Shown piece by piece: positions 58,101 through 64,000 of a stretch of 64,000 bases of DNA. The translations under genes were made by a program, and so were the position numbers. The number at the start of each line of letters is the position of its first letter. The first letter of the stretch is position 1. The DNA lies in assembly GCA_964016885.1 (NCBI GenBank), contig OZ024741.1, positions 341,496,001 through 341,560,000 on the forward strand, written 5' to 3'. Under the pieces are notes generated by a model. The model worked only from the letters and a program-made list of their open reading frames with translations. It ran no database searches and had not been told where the DNA came from. This stretch comes from Eledone cirrhosa (Eukaryota).

Positions 58101-58500
58101 GGAAGCTCGACGAGTCAAGCCAACGCAGGTGAGGTGGTGGAAGCAGCCGCACCCAAAACAGTTCCGGCCCCTCTTCTGTTAGTGGTGCCGCAAATGGTGC
58201 AGGTGTTGATTTGGAGGGGTGGGGTAGGCGTGGGGGGTGGGGACTGAGGCTCCGAGCGGCATCAGGGGTGGGTGGCTGTTGTGTGTGGGTGGAAGGGAAA
58301 GTGCTGGTAAGAGGGCAGCAAAGCTCACCTATATATATATGGAGGTGCCAGGAAAATAGAGCAAAAAGGGGCTGCATGGAGGGGGAGACACAGGAAGGTA
58401 GAATGGCAGTAAATGAATGAGTGAATGGATGGATGTACACAAAAAAAGGGGTTGTTCCCAGCGGAAAGACCCAGAGTTCAGCACGCACACATGCAAGCAA
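55184..58500 (-). mobile_element. CRE-clade non-LTR retrotransposon (PHD - RT - CCHC - restriction-like endonuclease), frameshifted
   Basis: GGIRPIAVG...RLAAK, QLGV.VSGGCE, KLDMRNAFNS, GIQQGDPLGPLLFAL, VWYLDD, DPFGLHPLSC...RH, RPDG...WDAT...E..K..KY...PLAVET.G; GC-rich relative to flanks. Confidence 0.88.
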
Positions 58501-58797
58501 CTGAGCAGTTTGTCAAAGACGATATTCTCAATGGACGCGCTTATAATATTTGAATATAACTGAACCGTCGTGTCATTTAATTTGAAAAGTAGCAAAGTAA
58601 AAGGAAAATAGTGAATTTGGAGTGTCAATCCCTTGTGATTTTTTTTTTTGTTCAATACTGGACTTACAGTTTTCCAGGATTTACACTCAATTTTTTTTTT
58701 TTTTTTTTTTTTTTTCCTTCAAAAGGATGGAGGCGTTTTATCTCCTCATGAAACTGACATTACTTAATGACGTTCGTCATCTATGGCTTATTCATGC

Positions 58798-58984
58798 AGT
58801 GGATTGGCAGTATCGGTAGAGGGTCGGACGCTATGCTTTCCAGCATAGTTACGTCCCTTTACGATCTGAGTTCAAATCCCGCAGAGGTTAACTTTGCCTT
58901 TCATCCTTATGGGGTCGATAAAATAAAGTACCAGTAATGCACTGGGTTATTACTGGCCTTGTGCCTAAAAGTAGAAACAATTAT
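58798..58984 (+). mobile_element. Meta-domain SINE
   Basis: Full-length match to 24487-24670. Confidence 0.9.
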
Positions 58985-60556
58985 TTCATAACTCTATAGA
59001 ACTATTAGAATGTGTGTGCAGTGTTCTGTGTCCAGCCAGGTTTAATTATCTCACATAATATCAAATCTATGAGATTTTGAAAGTATTTATTTTGAAAACA
59101 ATACCTTAACATCAGTTTGAGTGACCAGTTACAGCCAGTTTCAACAGAAAAACGTAGAGAATTCTGGCTGGTTTTGGCCGGTTCGAACATTAAAGGGTTA
59201 ATCTTGCACACACATGTTCATGCTTACTTCGCTACCCCTAGCCAGTCAACCCTACTTCATCTGCTGCCACACATGCGCATGTATATTCACCCCAGGTTCC
59301 TATGGCCCTGTTATGGTCAGAAACACACTCTTACAGCTTATACAGATCAACAACAAACACACACACACACACCTCTACACATACCTTCACAGCTCTGTAT
59401 GGACCAACAACTAACGAACAGGTACCCTTAAACTTACATATACACACACACACATATCCTCTTAGTTTTTTCAGCTAGACGTGTTTAATCAACACCTTTT
59501 AAAACAAGATCATCTTACGCAACAACGCCAGCATCAACAGTTTTCCAAGAGATGGCGACATGAATAGACCTGTTTTTTCTCAAGAAATGTTTTTTATGTT
59601 GCTGCCACTGCACAGTCTCCTCTGTCTTTCTATTTCTCCTTTAATTCCTCATTCAATATTCGATTTCTTACAACATAGCTGTGATGTTTCAGCTTCACTG
59701 AAACATCACAAAGACACACACACACATATATATATATGTATATATATATCATATACACAAATACGTATATATATATATCATATACACACATGCTTATATA
59801 TGTATATGTGTGTGTGTGTGTGTGTGTATATGATATACATATAAAATATGTGTGTATGTATGTGTGTGTGTGTATATGATATACATATAAAATATGTGTG
59901 TGTATGTGTGTGTGTATATGATATACATATAAAATATATGTGTGTATGTGTGTATTTTTATACATATAAATATATTTATAACATGTATTCAATCATCATC
60001 ATCATTGGACATTAAATGATGATGATGATGATGGTGGTGGTGGTCGTCGTCGTCGTGATGATTCAATATATAAAGCACATATTTGATATACAGTAGAATC
60101 GAGGTGGATAGCATTAAAGTTATAATTATAAATATTCCAAATATCTTGGACCCGAAATGGTTCCAAATGTATGTAGAATCTTTACTAAAAGCCATGTGGT
60201 AATGGAAGTTAGGAGACAAAATTATTCAAAATTCAAAATTTTATGGACACAAAGGTTATATTTCATGAAAATGGTGGTGACCATGATATATTTTTTTCTT
60301 GAATGAAAACTGGTTTTGAGTGAAATACAATCTCATAGAATCTTTCACTGGGTAATGTGAATAAATGAATAAATAAATAAACAAAAAAATAAATATATAA
60401 AGCTATGAAATGGAATCTTTTTTGCATCCAGAAAAATTTCGCATTTTGAATAAATTTATCTTCTAGCTGTCATTCCCACTTGATCTCTGATAAAGGTTCT
60501 ACCTAAACTTGAAACTATTCTTGTGTCCAAGATATATGAATATTTATTGTTATAGG

Positions 60557-60623
<67 letters not shown>

Positions 60624-60657
60624 CAAAAACTGCAAATATATGTGTATATGTTGTGCT

Positions 60658-60702
<45 letters not shown>

Positions 60703-60837
60703 ATATATTTGAATCTATGTGTATATATATATATAGTCCAAGAAAACAACAAACAGCGGAACAAAAAGTCTTATTAGTTTCATGCTTTATATGGAAAAGA
60801 TATATATATATGTATGTATATGACCCTCCCTAAATAT

Positions 60838-60869
<32 letters not shown>

Positions 60870-61105
60870 CATCATCATCATCATCATCAGGTTTAGCGTC
60901 CGTGTTCCACGCTTGCATGGGTTTGGACGGGGGTTTTCCCACTTGAGGCAAGAGTGGTTGTCTTGCTCGCATAGGACTATATATATATATGGATGTATGC
61001 ATGTATGCATATATGCATGTATGTATGTATTTTGGAGTTGTTCTTGTCTGGCAAGTGATTTGATCTGAGACCATGTGTTGAAACTAAAGTAATTACAGAA
61101 TGGAT

Positions 61106-61351
61106 GAGTTATTTTAGTCATTCAAAAACACAGAAAAACTATTAACTTCCCTTTCCGTATATTGTTTTTTTTTTGTGTTAGAAATTTCATTGAACTGTCT
61201 GAAACCTGGTCACTTACACAGTTTCCCCGTGGAACCATGTCAGTGACCAGGTCACAGACAGTGTGATGAAATCTTTGACACCAGGAAATAAATAATAAAA
61301 GCAAAGTGAACTTAACAGTTTTCTTGTGTTTTATGAATGACTAAGTAACTC
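61106..61351. mobile_element. About 245-bp imperfect palindrome (MITE/foldback-like)
   Basis: GAGTTATTTTAGTCATTCA...TGAATGACTAAGTAACTC ends; inner CTGTCTG..ACCTGGTCACT / AGTGACCAGGT..CAGACAG. Confidence 0.6.
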
Positions 61352-61380
61352 TTCTATGTTGTTTATACACATACACACAT

Positions 61381-61770
61381 ATCATCATCATCATCATTTT
61401 GCATCTGCTTTTCCTTGCTTGCAAGGGTGGGACGGGTCCTTTTCAGCACAGCATCTCTCCATTCGTCATAGTCCTTCGTCATCTCCTCTGTAAGCTTCAG
61501 CGATCTGAGGTCAGCTCTCGCCACCTCCGTTTATGATTTTTGTGGTCTTCCACTACTGTGTCTTCCTTCCACTGCGATTTCTTGCACTGGGATTTCTTGG
61601 CACCTCTTTACCCAGCAGTCATCCTCCATGCGCATCACATGTCCATACCAACGCAGTCGTCTCTCCCGTAGACTACAATTTATCCCTCTTATACACATTT
61701 CACTCAACTCGTCTATGCTTGGTTGTTCATGCACAGTCATTAGGGCATGCTTGCTACATTTCTCTCCAGC
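61381..61770 (-). mobile_element. RTE 3' fragment (other subfamily)
   Basis: [23 protein letters not shown]...GRPQK; tail shared with the SINE 3' end. Confidence 0.8.
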
Positions 61771-61899
61771 CGTCGCATATCCTATATAACCAAAAGTTAA
61801 ACAAGGTTCACTGATTAATCAATGAATATAGTTTTACAATAGATTGAAACACCCAACAAGAAAAAGTTTTCTGGAGTTATTAATATTAATTCCACGCTA

Positions 61900-63620
61900 C
61901 CAAGGGTTTGGATGAGAATTTTCCCACTTGAGGCAAGATTGGTTGTCTTGCTCGTATAGGACTGTCTGGCGGGTTTTCTACGGCTGGATGCCCTTCCTAA
62001 CACCAGCCACATTTACAGTGTGGACTGGGAAGTTTTTACCGTGTTACCTACATGGCCACATTATAGCGTGGACTGTGTGTTCTTTTGTCGTGACACCTAC
62101 ACGACCTCATTTATTTAGGACTGGATGTTGTGGTACCAACATAACTTTACATCGAAAGGGGTGGTGTGCATGGGGTGGGGGCAGGGTTAGTGAGATGGGG
62201 GTGTATTTTGATTAAGAGGTGCCTACTGACTGTAGGTTTCGCTTTGCACTTAGGCAAGGCGGGTCTTCTGTATGACTGTGTAGCGCCAAAGATCTCGGTC
62301 CAGTGACATTGTCTTGGAGAGGTGTAAGTGTGTGAGATTGGAATTTATCAAGCCGTCCCAGGTTTTTCTGGGTCTGCCTACTCCGTGGCTACCATCTATT
62401 TTTATCGCCCTGCACTTTTTTATACAGCTGTCGTCTTTCATGCGCATCACGTGACCATACCAACGTAGTCTTCTCTCGAGTAAACAGCATCTGATCCCTC
62501 TTATTCCTAATTTCTCACTTAGTTCATTTATGCTTTGCCGTTCATGTATATTACTATTACACATCCAACGGAGCATGCAAGCTTCGTTCCTTTCCAGTCT
62601 GCGTAGATCCTCTGCACACAATGCCCAAGTCTCACTGCCATGTAACATTGCTGTTCGCATGCAGGCATCATACACTCTGTCTTTCATTTTTAGAGAGAAC
62701 CCTTTAGCAGCCAATAGTGGTATAAGCTCTCTGAACATTTTCCATCCCGTTCTGACTCTAGCTACTGTACTTTCAGAGTCCCCTCCACCACTGCTGATTT
62801 TGTCACCCAGGTAACGGAAGGTGTCCACTATTTCTATAGAACCATCTGTGCAATGGAATGGGCTAGTATTCTGTGGGCACTTGCTGCTACTTATTGCACC
62901 TGAGCACCGGCCACATAAAATCTATATTCTTAGTTAGCTTACCTGTGATCCCACTACATCTTTTATGCACCCATACTTTGCATTTGGGACATAAAATGGA
63001 GTTTCTGCCTACTCCTTTCCTACACACTGAGCATGGCCATTTCCCAGATGGACCAATGCCCTATTTTCCTTCCTGCATACTAAAACTTTAGTCTTAGACA
63101 GGTTAATTTTAAAGCTTTTTGATTCTAGGCCGTGCTTCCATGTTTGGAATTTCTTCTCTAGTTCAGCCATTGATTCAGCTATAAGCGTTAGATCATCAGC
63201 GTATAGGAGTTCCCATGGGCAGCCGGTCTTGAACTCCTCTGTTATAGCCTGAAGGGCAATAATAAATAGGAGGGGGCTAAGGACGGAGCCCTGATGAACG
63301 CCAACTTTTACGCTAAACTCTTCACTATATTCATTGTTAATTCTAACCTTGCTGACTGTTTCTTTATACATGGCTTGTATAGCTCTCACAAGCCATTCAT
63401 CAACACCTAGTTTTCTGAGAGCCCACCAGATAATGGGGCGTGGGACTCCGTCAAAGGCTTTCTCCATGTCAACAAAAGCTAAGTATAGAGGTTTACTTTT
63501 AGCTAGGTACTTCTCCTGTAGTTGTCATACAATGAAAAGAGCGTCTGTGGTACTTTTACCTGACACAAACCCGAACTGCATTTCATCCAGATCAATTTGC
63601 TCTCTGATTAGTTGCGCTGT
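61900..63620 (-). mobile_element. 5'-truncated RTE-A copy
   Basis: ORFs 63009-63467 and 62250-62828 (LLYADD, PHD region, RRLRWYGH) plus 3' UTR. Confidence 0.93.
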
Positions 63621-63642
63621 CTATATTTATTAATATTTTGAA

Positions 63643-63700
<58 letters not shown>

Positions 63701-63706
<6 letters not shown>

Positions 63707-63895
63707 GGATTCAGGACCCCAACGTCTGAGTTCCTGCCATTGCAACAGCTAAATCCGAACTCTAGCTGTTGAAATGGCAGGAGCACAGCCGTTGGGGTCC
63801 CAAATCCTTCATATTACTCACTCTACTACCCAAGTAGAGTACTCTGGTGAGTAATGGTCTAACTGGATTTTATTGTATCCATTCTGATTTATATA
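63701..63895. repeat. Dispersed hairpin-ended element (related copies 42449-42590, 45933-46130)
   Basis: About 110-nt stem-loop GAAGGATT..GGACCCCAACG / CGTTGGGGTCC..AATCCTTC followed by ACTCTACTACCCCAAGT. Confidence 0.7.
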
Positions 63896-64000
63896 TAAAT
63901 ATATATATATGTGTGTGTATGTGTGTATGTGTGTGTTTGCTGGCTGAGTAGACTAGAGCAATGGGCAATACAGTGGCTTGCTCAAGCACAGGATGCATCA

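Larger units (their letters stand above)
55111..59200. mobile_element. piggyBac-like TTAA MITE, split by a 3.9-kb insertion
   Basis: TTAA-CCCTTTTAGCATTC at 55111 and GAACATTAAAGGG-TTAA ending at 59200; halves 55111-55183 and 59046-59200 share a 14-bp direct repeat. Confidence 0.75.

Noticed and set aside
55184-58440. Bacterial contamination because of the GC jump
   Set aside because: Encodes a eukaryotic non-LTR retrotransposon and is nested, with a direct repeat, inside host repeats.

Overview
AT-rich, repeat-saturated eukaryotic DNA, most likely from an octopod cephalopod. That assignment is inferred from the SINE repertoire (CORE-type and Meta-type tRNA SINEs, a Ceph/RTE-leader-like block) and the extreme (TA)n load. 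No host gene can be called with confidence, and most listed ORFs are microsatellite read-throughs or antisense shadows of retroelement ORFs. The window holds two near-full-length but disabled RTE-clade LINEs and many fragments; their reverse transcriptase carries a C4HC3 PHD finger inside the palm. It also holds CR1 fragments, several Penelope-like element (PLE) families with inverted pseudo-LTRs and minimal hammerhead ribozymes (some with variant cores), and a non-autonomous Helitron with a PIF1 fragment. A GC-rich CRE-clade (RT + restriction-like endonuclease) retrotransposon with an N-terminal PHD finger is nested in a TTAA MITE, itself inside a PLE. Most notable: PHD fingers in two unrelated non-LTR clades, variant hammerheads (U3-A8 swap, U4A), a degenerate HDV-like ribozyme candidate, a twin-priming-type inversion in an RTE, and a directly visible SINE-LINE partnership.
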